42,236 nucleotides of DNA from Pseudobdellovibrionaceae bacterium (GCA_041288045.1 JBGGMM010000181.1:1-42236); one strand, 5' to 3'. Shown: positions 17,708 through 27,404, counted from the stretch's first letter. The notes: generated by a model from the sequence alone, not told the origin. Numbers and translations are program-made.

Positions 17708-20700
17708 ATGTCTGAAATGAATCAACACGATCACGACCACGAGAATCACGATCACAGTGCCGCTCCGAAAGAGCGTGACAGTCGCTACTGGCTGTCACTG
17801 GATCAATGGGCTCAGGATCCTGAGTTCCAGAAAATGGCTGAGCAAGAATTCCAGTCATCACCTCTGCGCGAAAGCGATGGCGAAGACGGCTGGGCTCGCC
17901 GCGAATTTTTGAAACTGATGGGAGCCTCATTGGCCATGGCTTCTGCTGGCTGCATCCGTCGCCCAGTTCAAAAAATCATTCCTTACAATAAGCAACCTGA
18001 AGAAGTGACTTTCGCAGTCTCAAATTTTTACACTTCGACCTATTTCGATGGCAGTGAAGCTTTGGGACTTTTGGTTCGCACTCGTGAGGGGCGTCCTCTG
18101 AAAATCGAAGGAAATCCGAAGCACCCCATGAATCTCGGGGGAACTTCTGTTCGTGCTCAAGCTCATATCCTTTCTTTGTATGATCCTGAGAGAATCAAAA
18201 CTCCAATCCGCAATCTTTTAAATAAAACAAAAACCAATCGCGACACGATCACTGCCAAATGGGAAGAGATCGACGATGCAGTGGTGAAGCAGTTGGCAAA
18301 AGGTGGGGTCGCGATCCTGACTGGATCCGTGAATTCTCCGACAGGCCGAGCTGTGATTGGAGATTTCGCTCAGGCCTTTGGGGCTCGCCACGTGCAGTGG
18401 GAGCCTTTGGCTCACGAAGAAATTCGTGAAGGACAAAAGCTTTCCTACGGTGATGACAGTTTGCCATTTTATCGATTCGACAAAGCCAAAGTGATTGTCT
18501 CTGTGGATGCTGACTTTCTGGGAACTTGGCTGATGCCAACCACTTTCAGTCGTCAGTTTTCAAAAGCCCGCAAAGACATTGCCAATATGCCAAAGCTCGT
18601 GGCTTTTGATTCGGCTTACTCTCTCACTGGTGCAAATGCGGATATTCGCGTTCGTATCAAACCTTCGCAGCAAATTGCTGTGGTCATGGGTCTTGCTCAT
18701 GAAATTATCGTGAAAAAAGGGCAGACTCGCTTTGCTGGCAATGCCTCTGTGAAATCCGCTTTGGATCCCTTCGCCAACGTGGCCAGCCAACTGGCATTAG
18801 AGCCGGCTCTTTTTACAAAGCTTGCGGATGATTTGATTCAAAATCGCGGTAAGTCTTTGATTGTGGCTGGGGGTTTGCCAACTCTGACTGCGCAATCTCA
18901 GGATTTGCAAGTGGCTGTGAATTTCTTGAACTCGGCACTTGATAACGACGGAGCGACAGTCGAAGGTAAAAATGGTCTTCCCGGTGTCGGAGCTTCTTAT
19001 TCTGCACTTGCGTCTTTAGTGAATGATCTCAACAAGGGCACGATCAAGACCGTGATCATTCATGGTTGCAATCCGGTGTATGCGCTGCCGGAAGAGTTCG
19101 GGTTTGCTGAAGCTTTAAAGAAAGCCGAAATGGTTCTCTACACAGGCGATCGGAACGATGAGACCGGACGACAAGCTCATTTCGTAATTCCTGACCATCA
19201 TTCACTCGAATCTTGGGGGGATGCTGAAATTGGTCGGGGAGTGTACAGCATTCATCAGCCCACCATCCGTCCCATGTATGACACTCGCTCACTGGGTCTG
19301 ACTTTGATGACTTGGGCTTATATGGCGAAGCGCGGATCTAAACGCCTGACCACTTATGAAACTTATTACGATTTCTTGCGCTCTGTTTGGAAAGAAGAAA
19401 TTCATCCCAAAGTCGGAAAAGGCCAGGCCTTTGAGGATTTCTGGGAAAATGTTTTACAAGAGGGATTTGCCGGATCTCTGGCTGATTCTTCTGCTCGTAA
19501 TTTCAAATTGGAGGCTCTGTCAGGCGTAAAACCAGTCAGCTCTCAAGGCTATGAATTGGTGCTTTATCCAACCATCGCTCTGGGTGATGGTCGCTTGGCC
19601 AACGTGCCTTGGCTGCAAGAGCTTCCAGATCCTGTGACGAAAATTTGCTGGGACAACTATGTATGCCTTTCGCTTGCCACCGCTGAAAAAATGCATGTGC
19701 GTGAAGGTCACTTGATGGAAATCAGTGTGAACGGCAAAAAGCACAAGCTGCCAGCTCATATTCAGCCCGGTTTGCATGACGATGTCTTGGCAGTGCCAGT
19801 TGGCTACGGTCGAACGGCGGCTGGTAAAGTTGGTAATGGCATTGGTTTGAACACTTACCAAATGGTGAGCATTCAAAAAGGTCTTCCGATCTTTGCAGGC
19901 GCCAAAGCCGAAATCAGCAACACAAAAATGAAATACCAATTGGCCAATCCACAAGGTCACCACTCGATGGAAGGCCGACAGATCGTGGTCGAAGCCACTT
20001 TGAAAGAGTATTTAAAAGATCCAGGCGCAGGGATGCACAAGCACCATGTGTTCTCGATCTGGCCAGCCCATGCTTACAACGGACACAAATGGGGAATGGC
20101 GATTGATTTGAACTCTTGCACAGGTTGCAATGCCTGCGCAGTGGCTTGTCAGTCTGAAAACAACATTCCTGTTGTCGGTAAAAAGTATGTCATCCAAGGT
20201 CGCGAAATGCACTGGCTTCGGGTGGATCGCTACTATGTCGGTGATCCTGCCAATGCTCAAACAGTGTTCCAGCCAATGATGTGTCAGCACTGTGCGACGG
20301 CTCCTTGTGAAACTGTCTGCCCAGTGGCCGCGACTGTTCACAGCAGCGAAGGTCTCAACGATATGGTTTACAACCGCTGCGTGGGAACTCGTTACTGCTC
20401 GAACAACTGTCCTTACAAAGTTCGAAGATTCAATTGGTTCAATTATGCCAAGCTGATTGAAAAGCCCATGCATTTAGCTCTGAACCCAGATGTGACTGTC
20501 CGGGTCCGTGGGGTCATGGAAAAATGCACGATGTGCGTTCACAGAATCAAAGCTGGCAAATCAAAAGCCAAATTGGAAAATCGCGAGCTTCAAGACGGTG
20601 AATTCACAACGGCCTGTGCGCAAGCTTGCCCGACGGATGCGATCACCTTCGGAGATATCAACAATCCAGAATCAAGAGTCGCCAAGCTGTTTGCAGAAAA

Positions 20701-20830
20701 GCGCCAGTACGCAGTGCTTGAAGAGTTCCACACGGCTCCGAATGTTCGCTACCTTTCAAAAATCAGAAATGATGATCAAGAGACACGACCCGGTTCACAC
20801 GGTCACGACAGCAAAGGCGGTCACTCATGA
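17708..20830 (+). CDS. actB: Alternative complex III subunit ActB (molybdopterin-oxidoreductase-like domain plus Fe-S domain)
   Basis: YW.SL N-terminus, Tat motif ARREFLK with SAGC lipobox, [13 protein letters not shown], Fe-S motifs [44 protein letters not shown]. Confidence 0.95.
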   Translation: MSEMNQHDHDHENHDHSAAPKERDSRYWLSLDQWAQDPEFQKMAEQEFQSSPLRESDGEDGWARREFLKLMGASLAMASAGCIRRPVQKIIPYNKQPEEVTFAVSNFYTSTYFDGSEALGLLVRTREGRPLKIEGNPKHPMNLGGTSVRAQAHILSLYDPERIKTPIRNLLNKTKTNRDTITAKWEEIDDAVVKQLAKGGVAILTGSVNSPTGRAVIGDFAQAFGARHVQWEPLAHEEIREGQKLSYGDDSLPFYRFDKAKVIVSVDADFLGTWLMPTTFSRQFSKARKDIANMPKLVAFDSAYSLTGANADIRVRIKPSQQIAVVMGLAHEIIVKKGQTRFAGNASVKSALDPFANVASQLALEPALFTKLADDLIQNRGKSLIVAGGLPTLTAQSQDLQVAVNFLNSALDNDGATVEGKNGLPGVGASYSALASLVNDLNKGTIKTVIIHGCNPVYALPEEFGFAEALKKAEMVLYTGDRNDETGRQAHFVIPDHHSLESWGDAEIGRGVYSIHQPTIRPMYDTRSLGLTLMTWAYMAKRGSKRLTTYETYYDFLRSVWKEEIHPKVGKGQAFEDFWENVLQEGFAGSLADSSARNFKLEALSGVKPVSSQGYELVLYPTIALGDGRLANVPWLQELPDPVTKICWDNYVCLSLATAEKMHVREGHLMEISVNGKKHKLPAHIQPGLHDDVLAVPVGYGRTAAGKVGNGIGLNTYQMVSIQKGLPIFAGAKAEISNTKMKYQLANPQGHHSMEGRQIVVEATLKEYLKDPGAGMHKHHVFSIWPAHAYNGHKWGMAIDLNSCTGCNACAVACQSENNIPVVGKKYVIQGREMHWLRVDRYYVGDPANAQTVFQPMMCQHCATAPCETVCPVAATVHSSEGLNDMVYNRCVGTRYCSNNCPYKVRRFNWFNYAKLIEKPMHLALNPDVTVRVRGVMEKCTMCVHRIKAGKSKAKLENRELQDGEFTTACAQACPTDAITFGDINNPESRVAKLFAEKRQYAVLEEFHTAPNVRYLSKIRNDDQETRPGSHGHDSKGGHS

Positions 20831-22188
20831 GTCAGATGAAAAGAAATCCTCTGGTTCTGGGACGGAAATCCCTGAAAGATATCACTGAAGACATTGTCGC
20901 TCCGGTGGAAAGCTTCCCCTCTAAAGGTTGGCTGGGGCTTTTTCTGAGTGCGAAAACTCTTTTCATTTTTTACATCATCACCTTAGGACTTGTGGTCAGC
21001 ACAGGGATGGGGCTTCTCGGGGTCAATCATCCCAATGCCTGGGGAACGATGATTATCACTTTCGTTTTCTGGATCGGGATTGGTCACGCTGGGACTTTGA
21101 TTTCGGCGATTCTTTTCTTGTTCCGACAAAAATGGCGAACTTCAGTGGCCAGAACTGCCGAAGCGATGACGGTTTTTGCGGTGATGACCGCGGGGCTTTT
21201 TCCGCTTCTGCACACGGGTCGTCCTTGGTTGGATTTCTGGCTCTTTCCTTATCCGAATCAGCGCGGTCCACTGTGGGTGAATTTCCGCTCGCCGCTTCTG
21301 TGGGACGTGTTTGCGGTCTCCACCTATGCCACTGTGTCCATGGTTTTTTGGTACATCGGGATGGTTCCGGATTTCGCGACCATTCGGGACCGGGCGAAAA
21401 ATAAAATTCGCTACATGATGTACGGTGCTTTAAGCCTCGGCTGGCGAGGAACGGCAAAGAACTGGAGCCATTATGAAATGGTTTACTTGCTTTTAGCTGG
21501 CCTTTCGACTCCGTTGGTTCTTTCGGTTCACACCATCGTTTCTTTCGACTTCGCTGTTTCGAACCTTCCGGGATGGCACACGACGATCTTTCCACCGTAC
21601 TTCGTTGCCGGTGCGATTTTTTCGGGTTTCGGGATGGTTGTGACTTTGATGACTTTGGTTCGGATCGGCTTTCCGGAGTTTAAGAACTACATCACTTTGG
21701 ATCACATGGAAGTGATGAATAAAATCATCATGGCCACAGGTCTCATGGTTGGTTACGCTTACGGATCTGAATTTTTCGTAGCCTGGTATTCTGGAAATCT
21801 TTATGAGCGAGCGGTCTTCATCAACCGGGCTTTTGGGGATTATGGCTGGTCTTACTGGTGCATGATCAGCTGTAACGTTTTGATCCCGCAGCTTTTCTGG
21901 TTTAAGAAAATCCGTCGAAGCATTCCAATCATGTTTGTGATTTCGATTTTCGTAAATATCGGAATGTGGTTTGAGCGCTTCGTGATCACTGTCACATCCC
22001 TGCACCATGATTTCCTGCCTTCTTCTTGGGGGAACTACGCCTGGTCGCCCTATGACACTGCGATTCTGGCAGGTAGTTTTGGGATGTTCCTCACTCTGTT
22101 CTTGCTCTATCTCCGCTTGTTCCCAGCGATTTCTATTGCTGAAGTGAAGCCTGTGATCAACGTCGGTTACGAGGAAGGGAAGCACTAA
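20827..22188 (+). CDS. actC: Alternative complex III quinol-oxidising NrfD-family subunit ActC
   Basis: [76 protein letters not shown]. Confidence 0.96.
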   Translation: MSQMKRNPLVLGRKSLKDITEDIVAPVESFPSKGWLGLFLSAKTLFIFYIITLGLVVSTGMGLLGVNHPNAWGTMIITFVFWIGIGHAGTLISAILFLFRQKWRTSVARTAEAMTVFAVMTAGLFPLLHTGRPWLDFWLFPYPNQRGPLWVNFRSPLLWDVFAVSTYATVSMVFWYIGMVPDFATIRDRAKNKIRYMMYGALSLGWRGTAKNWSHYEMVYLLLAGLSTPLVLSVHTIVSFDFAVSNLPGWHTTIFPPYFVAGAIFSGFGMVVTLMTLVRIGFPEFKNYITLDHMEVMNKIIMATGLMVGYAYGSEFFVAWYSGNLYERAVFINRAFGDYGWSYWCMISCNVLIPQLFWFKKIRRSIPIMFVISIFVNIGMWFERFVITVTSLHHDFLPSSWGNYAWSPYDTAILAGSFGMFLTLFLLYLRLFPAISIAEVKPVINVGYEEGKH

Positions 22189-22712
22189 TGGCTCAGAAAT
22201 ACAAAATCGGCACTGCCGCCATCTTTAGTACCGAAGCTGAAGTTTTAAAAGCCGCTGCTGCTGTTCGCAGTGCGGGCTTTCAAAAATTTGATGCCATCAC
22301 TCCTTATCCTGTTCATGGTATGGAGGAAGCTTGCGGCATCCAGCGATCTTGGATTCCTTATGTGACTTTTGTTATGGGGATTTTGGGTTGTCTTGCGGGC
22401 TGGGCATTGACCTGGTGGACTTCGGCAGTGAGCTGGCCTTTAAATATTGGCGGCAAGCCTTTTCACTCTTTGCCAGCTTTTATTCCGATCATGTTTGAAT
22501 TGACGGTTTTATTTGCGGCTCTTTCCAGCGTCGCTGTTCTTTTGTGGGCTTGTGGACTTCCGAAAATCAATCCTCCAGTGATTCATCCGGATCTGACTTC
22601 TCATAAATTTGGGATTTTCATTCCTAATGATGATTCTGGGTATGACGAGCGCAAAGTGGAAGAGCTTTTCCGAGGGCTGGGCGCTTCGGAAATCAAAAAG
22701 GCGGAGTTCTAA
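22188..22712 (+). CDS. actD: Alternative complex III subunit ActD (DUF3341)
   Basis: D..TPYPVHG, WPLNIGGKP, PAFIPIMFELTVL. Expected position in the operon. Confidence 0.93.
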   Translation: MAQKYKIGTAAIFSTEAEVLKAAAAVRSAGFQKFDAITPYPVHGMEEACGIQRSWIPYVTFVMGILGCLAGWALTWWTSAVSWPLNIGGKPFHSLPAFIPIMFELTVLFAALSSVAVLLWACGLPKINPPVIHPDLTSHKFGIFIPNDDSGYDERKVEELFRGLGASEIKKAEF

Positions 22713-22713
22713 A

Positions 22714-23265
22714 ATGAAAGCATATTCACTGATGATTTTGCCTCTGTTAGCTTCGGGCCTCATCGCCTGTCAGGGCAGCGGCAATAACACCAACTTGGAA
22801 TTGATTCAGGACATGATGGAATCTCCCGCTGTCGATCCTCAAGAGTACGATGATTTTTTTGAAGACAAGGCCGGCGGGGCGCGAGTGCCTCCGGAGCACA
22901 CAGCCCCAGTGGGCTTTAAGCCTTATCGAGCTGGCTTTGATCCAAATCTGGCCAAGGCCGATCGAAATCCTTTGGCTGGCGACATGAGTGATGAAGTCCT
23001 TTTGGTTGGTCAAAAGTATTTCAATACCAACTGCATGGTTTGCCATGGACAGAAAGCGGCGGGCAATGGAACTGTGGCTGAAAAAATGCCCAACAAGCCG
23101 CCGTCACTTTTGTCTGATAAAGTAAGATCCTGGGCTGATGGGCAAATCTACCAGGTCATCACAATGGGGCAGGGAACGATGGGCCCCTATGCATCTCACA
23201 TTCCACAAAAATACCGCTGGCAGGTTGTGAACTACATCCGGCATTTGCAACGAACTGAAAAATAG
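22714..23265 (+). CDS. actE: Alternative complex III monoheme lipoprotein ActE
   Basis: Lipobox LIAC, DM..SP, single CMVCH, DG.IY..IT.G.G.M..Y, RW.VV.YIR.LQ. GGAG SD. Confidence 0.92.
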   Translation: MKAYSLMILPLLASGLIACQGSGNNTNLELIQDMMESPAVDPQEYDDFFEDKAGGARVPPEHTAPVGFKPYRAGFDPNLAKADRNPLAGDMSDEVLLVGQKYFNTNCMVCHGQKAAGNGTVAEKMPNKPPSLLSDKVRSWADGQIYQVITMGQGTMGPYASHIPQKYRWQVVNYIRHLQRTEK

Positions 23266-23276
23266 GTGAATGAAAA

Positions 23277-24476
23277 ATGGCTGACACACATCACACACAG
23301 CTTCATGCGCAAAAATTCGAACCCTCTCAAAAGCTCAAAACAGCAGCGATTGCCTTTTTGGTGATCGGTGTTTTGGGATTCGTGATCGGATTGATGAAAG
23401 ACCAGGAACGTCTTTGGACTTCTTACCTTGTGGCCTTCTTTTATGTTTCTTGCTTGGGATTGGGTGGACTTTTCTTCACTTGCATCCAGCATGTGACGAA
23501 AGCTGGATGGAGTGTGAGCATCCGTCGATTGACCGAGGGCATGGCCTCTTTTCTGCCAATGATTATTGTTGGGAGCTTGGTGCTTCTGCTGGGTGTGAAA
23601 AAGCTTTATCTCTGGGCGGACGCTGGTTATGTGGCCGAGCATCCGATTGTTCAAGCGAAGACCTCGTACCTGAACACTGGATTTTTGATTGTTCGCCTTT
23701 TGATTTTCTCAGTCGGGATGTTTTTGTTCGGCCGAAAAATCATTGGCAACTCTTTGAAACAAGACCAAACAGGGGATCATCATCTCACTCACCAAAATGT
23801 GGGCTGGAGCATTGCGTGGGTCTTGTTCTTTGCTCTGTCATTTTCTTTGTTCTCAGTCGATCTTTTGATGTCGTTGCTGCCCACTTGGTACAGCACGATT
23901 TTCGGGGTTTATTGCTTTGCTGGTCTTTTCCAGAGCTCATTGGCCTTTTTGATTTTGGTCATGTTCTACTTTAAGAACACGGGCGTGATCCAAGGTTATT
24001 ACACCGAAGACCACATCCATGACGTCGCAAAGTTCCTGAAGGGCTTCACCGTGTTTTGGGCCTACATCGCATTTTCACAGTTTATGTTGATCTGGTATGC
24101 GAACATTCCAGAAGAGACCGAGTACTATTTGATGCGAGCAGAAGGTGGATGGATGGCCATTTCCTTCAGTCTGCTGTTCTTCAAATTCATCATTCCCTTC
24201 CTGGCTCTGCTGCCACGAGGAGTGAAGCGGGATCAAAAACGCTTGATCCCCATCTGCATCCTGATTCTGGTCATGCAATACATCGATGTGTACTGGATGG
24301 TGTACCCCAATTTCTACGAAGGCCAAGTGACTTTCGGTTTCTACGAAATCACCTTGCTGATGCTCTTCCTAGGCGCATTCCTGATGACCATGATCAATTT
24401 CTTCAGAAAGAACAACGTGGTCGCAATCAAAGATCCAAGAATGCACGAGGCTCTTCATCACCATGTGACGTACTAA
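23277..24476 (+). CDS. actF: Alternative complex III membrane subunit ActF
   Basis: Multi-TM; AGWSV.IRR..E, YLN..F..R, D.LMSL.P.WYSTIFG, FWAYI.FSQFMLIWYANIPEET. Confidence 0.93.
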   Translation: MADTHHTQLHAQKFEPSQKLKTAAIAFLVIGVLGFVIGLMKDQERLWTSYLVAFFYVSCLGLGGLFFTCIQHVTKAGWSVSIRRLTEGMASFLPMIIVGSLVLLLGVKKLYLWADAGYVAEHPIVQAKTSYLNTGFLIVRLLIFSVGMFLFGRKIIGNSLKQDQTGDHHLTHQNVGWSIAWVLFFALSFSLFSVDLLMSLLPTWYSTIFGVYCFAGLFQSSLAFLILVMFYFKNTGVIQGYYTEDHIHDVAKFLKGFTVFWAYIAFSQFMLIWYANIPEETEYYLMRAEGGWMAISFSLLFFKFIIPFLALLPRGVKRDQKRLIPICILILVMQYIDVYWMVYPNFYEGQVTFGFYEITLLMLFLGAFLMTMINFFRKNNVVAIKDPRMHEALHHHVTY

Positions 24477-24510
24477 TCTAACTGATTCTCAAAAAAATCG
24501 AGAGCAAACG

Positions 24511-24540
24511 AAAAGGACGGGGAAACCTGTCCTTTTTGTT
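24511..24540 (+). terminator. Intrinsic terminator of the act operon (A-tract/U-tract, possibly bidirectional)
   Basis: AAAAGGACGGG-GAAA-CCTGTCCTTTT followed by TGTTTTT, 35 nt after the actF stop. Confidence 0.85.
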
Positions 24541-24571
24541 TTTAAAGACCAAAAAATACCCACAACACAAG

Positions 24572-24935
24572 CCCTCCTTCTCCCAAACACTTGCCAGACG
24601 ACCCGGAGCCGCGGAGGCGAAGCTGGACGATGCCATGTCGGCGGATGGTCGTCTGGGAGCCTTCGCATGGACGGACCTACTCGCGTTTACCCTCGGCACC
24701 GCTGTGCTGGAGACCCTCCATCCACGATGTTGACCGTCGGCACGCTATACCAACGGACAACATCGTGGATGGGGTCGCCGCGAAGTCTTTTCACAAAGTG
24801 ATGCGCGAAGCCCAGGTCTTCGCCTGATCGTGAACGTCCGTGTCCGTCTTTTCTGGAAATTCGGCCCTCCACGGCCTCACCCCTTCGGGGCTCGCCTGCG
24901 GCGAGTTTCCAGAAAACCTGATGGGAGGGGGAGGG
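24572..24935 (+). ncRNA. Candidate large structured RNA or non-autonomous structured repeat element, unidentified
   Basis: 14-bp closing stem 24572-24585/24922-24935 (2 G.U); perfect stems 24594-24603/24647-24656 (10 bp), 24718-24732/24758-24772 (15 bp), 24849-24859/24906-24916 (11 bp); C(UUCG)G loop; GC-rich; no credible ORF. Confidence 0.55.
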
Positions 24936-24965
24936 GAGATAGAGATAGAGATAGAGATAGAGAGA
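24936..24965. repeat. Hexanucleotide tandem repeat (GAGATA)4 plus GAGAGA
   Basis: Four perfect copies at 24936, 24942, 24948 and 24954, then one variant copy. Confidence 0.95.
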
Positions 24966-24990
24966 AATGCAGTCTTGTGCTTGGTGGAAA

Positions 24991-26064
24991 CTAATCTAGC
25001 TCGTCCAGCACGTTGAGATATTGGGCTGTGTTTTCTTTGTTGTCCTTGTCAGGATCGACGTTCTTTTTTTCGATTTTGGACATCTTTCCCTTGTTCATGG
25101 GGTACTTCATGTTGTGGTTTTCTTGGAGCCATCCGTTCAGGGATTTGATTTCGGCAAGTCCCGGGAAGAGTTCAATGTCTTCTGGGCTGAGCTTTGAGTA
25201 AGCCACTGGGATTTTCACTTCGATAACTGTCTCGCTGGGGGCGTAGACATTGAATGATCTGTTGTCGGCCAAACGGGTGAGGCGGACGTTTTCATCCAAA
25301 GTGATTTGAACATCGATGGCTTCTTCTGGGTTTTTAGAATTTTTCATTTTGATGCTGTAAGAAACTCTTTCGTATTCTGTCTTAGCATACAAGTTTTGAA
25401 CTCGGCGGGCAGGGTTGGCGTAGAGCTCTGTCATGAACTCGAGAGCATTGTCGACTTCTTCAGCTTTTCCGGGATTGAGAAATTCCAGTCTTTTCCTGAT
25501 TTGTTCTTTGTGTAGGAAAAAGGAATCCGTGGTGAAATTGCGGATGTCTTTATCATAGCAAAGCAACCGAGGCTTGTTGACCACGTTAGGAAATTCTGGA
25601 TGCTGAATTTTTAGTTCGAGCCAGGATTTATCGGCTAGATCTTCAGAGACTTTCAAGTCCCGCCAAAAAACATCAATCTCTTTTCGAGTGAAGTATTTGC
25701 GAAATCGGACCTTGGCCGATTTTTCTTCACCTTTCACAGTCTTGTACTTGGCCACCGTCAAATAAAGAGTGGAAGTGATGTTGAGAATGCCGTCTGGGGC
25801 TTTGTCCCTGTTTTTCATGGCTTTGCCAAAATATTGTTGAAGGCGATGGAGCTGCTGGTTGAGGTCGGTGGTTTCAACCACGTATTTCACCTCTTGGCGA
25901 AGCGAAGTCGTATCTTGCTTTTTTCCATTCTGGATTTTTTGGACCACTTGGCTAAAGCGGTCCAGCTGGACAGGTTGTGGGTAAATTGCAGAGCAAAGTG
26001 GCGCGCTCGCAAAGGCCTGCGCCAGGAAAAGGAAAAAGAAAAAAAACGAGACAAGATGTCTCAT
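24991..26064 (-). CDS. VTC-domain / CYTH-superfamily (polyphosphate-polymerase-like) protein with signal peptide
   Basis: R.E.KY (RQEVKY), ITSTLYL, KVRFRKY, LELK, YERVSY, ITLD, VIEVK in the expected order; Sec signal ending AFA. Confidence 0.72.
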   Translation of the reverse strand: MRHLVSFFFFFLFLAQAFASAPLCSAIYPQPVQLDRFSQVVQKIQNGKKQDTTSLRQEVKYVVETTDLNQQLHRLQQYFGKAMKNRDKAPDGILNITSTLYLTVAKYKTVKGEEKSAKVRFRKYFTRKEIDVFWRDLKVSEDLADKSWLELKIQHPEFPNVVNKPRLLCYDKDIRNFTTDSFFLHKEQIRKRLEFLNPGKAEEVDNALEFMTELYANPARRVQNLYAKTEYERVSYSIKMKNSKNPEEAIDVQITLDENVRLTRLADNRSFNVYAPSETVIEVKIPVAYSKLSPEDIELFPGLAEIKSLNGWLQENHNMKYPMNKGKMSKIEKKNVDPDKDNKENTAQYLNVLDELD

Positions 26065-27332
26065 TGTGCGATTCCCTCCATCTGAATCGGAAGAAATTGT
26101 CCTTTGTTCTGAAGATAATTGATCAAGGCACTGTATTTTTTGGAATCAATTTCGGTCACGGCATAATCAATATTTCCAAATTTATTATCTTGAGTGATAA
26201 AAAACAGTGTGACTTCTCGATTTTGATCTTTATCGAAATGCTTGACGATCCACATGAACTGATCCTTGCTCACTTGAAATTTTTCAGCATTGAGATTCGC
26301 AGGATATTCATTGGTTTTTGGGTACAATGGCGACTGTTCGCGCAAAGTCTTATCAAAATCCGATTTGAGGTCTCTCATTTGGTTTTTTACGGTCTCCGGG
26401 AGAGTCGGTGAGTCGACGGCCTTGTCGAGAGCGGAATTGAGCCATGCTTTTTGGTCTCCGCTCAGCACGGATTGTACAAAGTTTTTTCCAACGAGAACCT
26501 GATTTGGAAAGAAAGTGACAGCGCCGACAAAAACAGAAAAGATGATCATTGGTCTCATCGTCATTTTGAGAAATGTCTTGAAATACTCCTTATTCATGAA
26601 TTGACCCATTTTAGTTTTGAAGGCTCGGTAGTGCATCAAAGTCTTCATTCTGAAGTAATTTTTGGAATTGGCGAGATCCCTCAATTCGTCTTTTGTCAGG
26701 AGCTCAAGACGGGGGGCGATCTTGCCAAATTCAGTTAAAACTTCGCCAGAAATCTCACTTGGGATGTGAAGTTTGAAGTCTTTGAAATTGATGCCAGTGA
26801 AGTCATTCAGGTCAAAGTTAATGGATGTATCCAATGTGCCATCCATATTCAAAAGTGTGTTTCGGACTTGATGAGAATTTCCAGAAGGATCAATCAAAAC
26901 CAAGTTTTTTGGGATGTAGCGCGCATGAGTACGGAAATCTGATTTATAGGTGATTTCAACGGACCAACCCTTTTCCAGCGGAAGTCCCAAAACCAGGGAG
27001 CCTAAGGCCTTTCCCTCAAAATCTTTGAAAGAAAATTTCACTGCCCGGGTGTGGTTGATCATTCGGACCAGTTCCATCACAGCCATTCTGGATTTGGGGG
27101 CTAGGGGCTGTTCGCTTAAAAAGAGAGCTCCAGCTGGAGAATCAATTCGGATATTTCCCTTTTCATCCAGAAGCAATTCTTTGTCTTTGCTCTCCACTCG
27201 CCACTGGAGAGAAAAAGGCTGGGCACTGCTATGAACCAGGTCACAGCTTCTTTGCGCAAGACCAGGAAAATGGACTGCGGTGACGGTCAGAATGACCGCC
27301 AGGATCTGGAGAATCCAACTTTTTTTCAACAT
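26061..27332 (-). CDS. Hypothetical exported protein with one internal hydrophobic helix
   Basis: GGAGG SD before ATG 27332, signal ending GLA, hydrophobic PMIIFSVFVGAVTFF. ATGA overlap with the VTC-like gene. Confidence 0.75.
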   Translation of the reverse strand: MLKKSWILQILAVILTVTAVHFPGLAQRSCDLVHSSAQPFSLQWRVESKDKELLLDEKGNIRIDSPAGALFLSEQPLAPKSRMAVMELVRMINHTRAVKFSFKDFEGKALGSLVLGLPLEKGWSVEITYKSDFRTHARYIPKNLVLIDPSGNSHQVRNTLLNMDGTLDTSINFDLNDFTGINFKDFKLHIPSEISGEVLTEFGKIAPRLELLTKDELRDLANSKNYFRMKTLMHYRAFKTKMGQFMNKEYFKTFLKMTMRPMIIFSVFVGAVTFFPNQVLVGKNFVQSVLSGDQKAWLNSALDKAVDSPTLPETVKNQMRDLKSDFDKTLREQSPLYPKTNEYPANLNAEKFQVSKDQFMWIVKHFDKDQNREVTLFFITQDNKFGNIDYAVTEIDSKKYSALINYLQNKGQFLPIQMEGIAQ

Positions 27333-27390
27333 TTTTCGCTCCTCCAATAAAGAGACTTCGAATCGGCAAACCGATCTGTAGGGGTCTAGA

Positions 27391-27404
27391 GCAGAAATTA
27401 TGCC
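27391..27404 (-). promoter_or_regulatory. Sigma54-like -24/-12 element for the 27332/26064 operon
   Basis: Minus strand GGCATAATTTCTGC = GG-N10-GC, about 60 nt upstream of the ATG. Confidence 0.45.

Noticed and set aside
24478..24872. Short ORFs 24478-24699, 24536-24733, 24591-24827, 24687-24872
   Set aside because: No SD or recognisable motifs, mutually overlapping, and explained by high GC in a stem-rich region.
24572..24990. RNase P RNA, tmRNA, SRP RNA or group II intron as the identity of the structured element
   Set aside because: No GAGGAAAGUCC on either strand. TGGTGGA at 24982 is not followed by a T-arm complement. GAGCCG at 24606 lacks the domain V partner strand. No SRP GGAA/AGCAG loop.
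26028..26048. Phase-variable homopolymer in the VTC-like signal peptide (poly-Phe)
   Set aside because: The longest run is 8 nt, similar A/T runs are common in this window, and the frame is intact.
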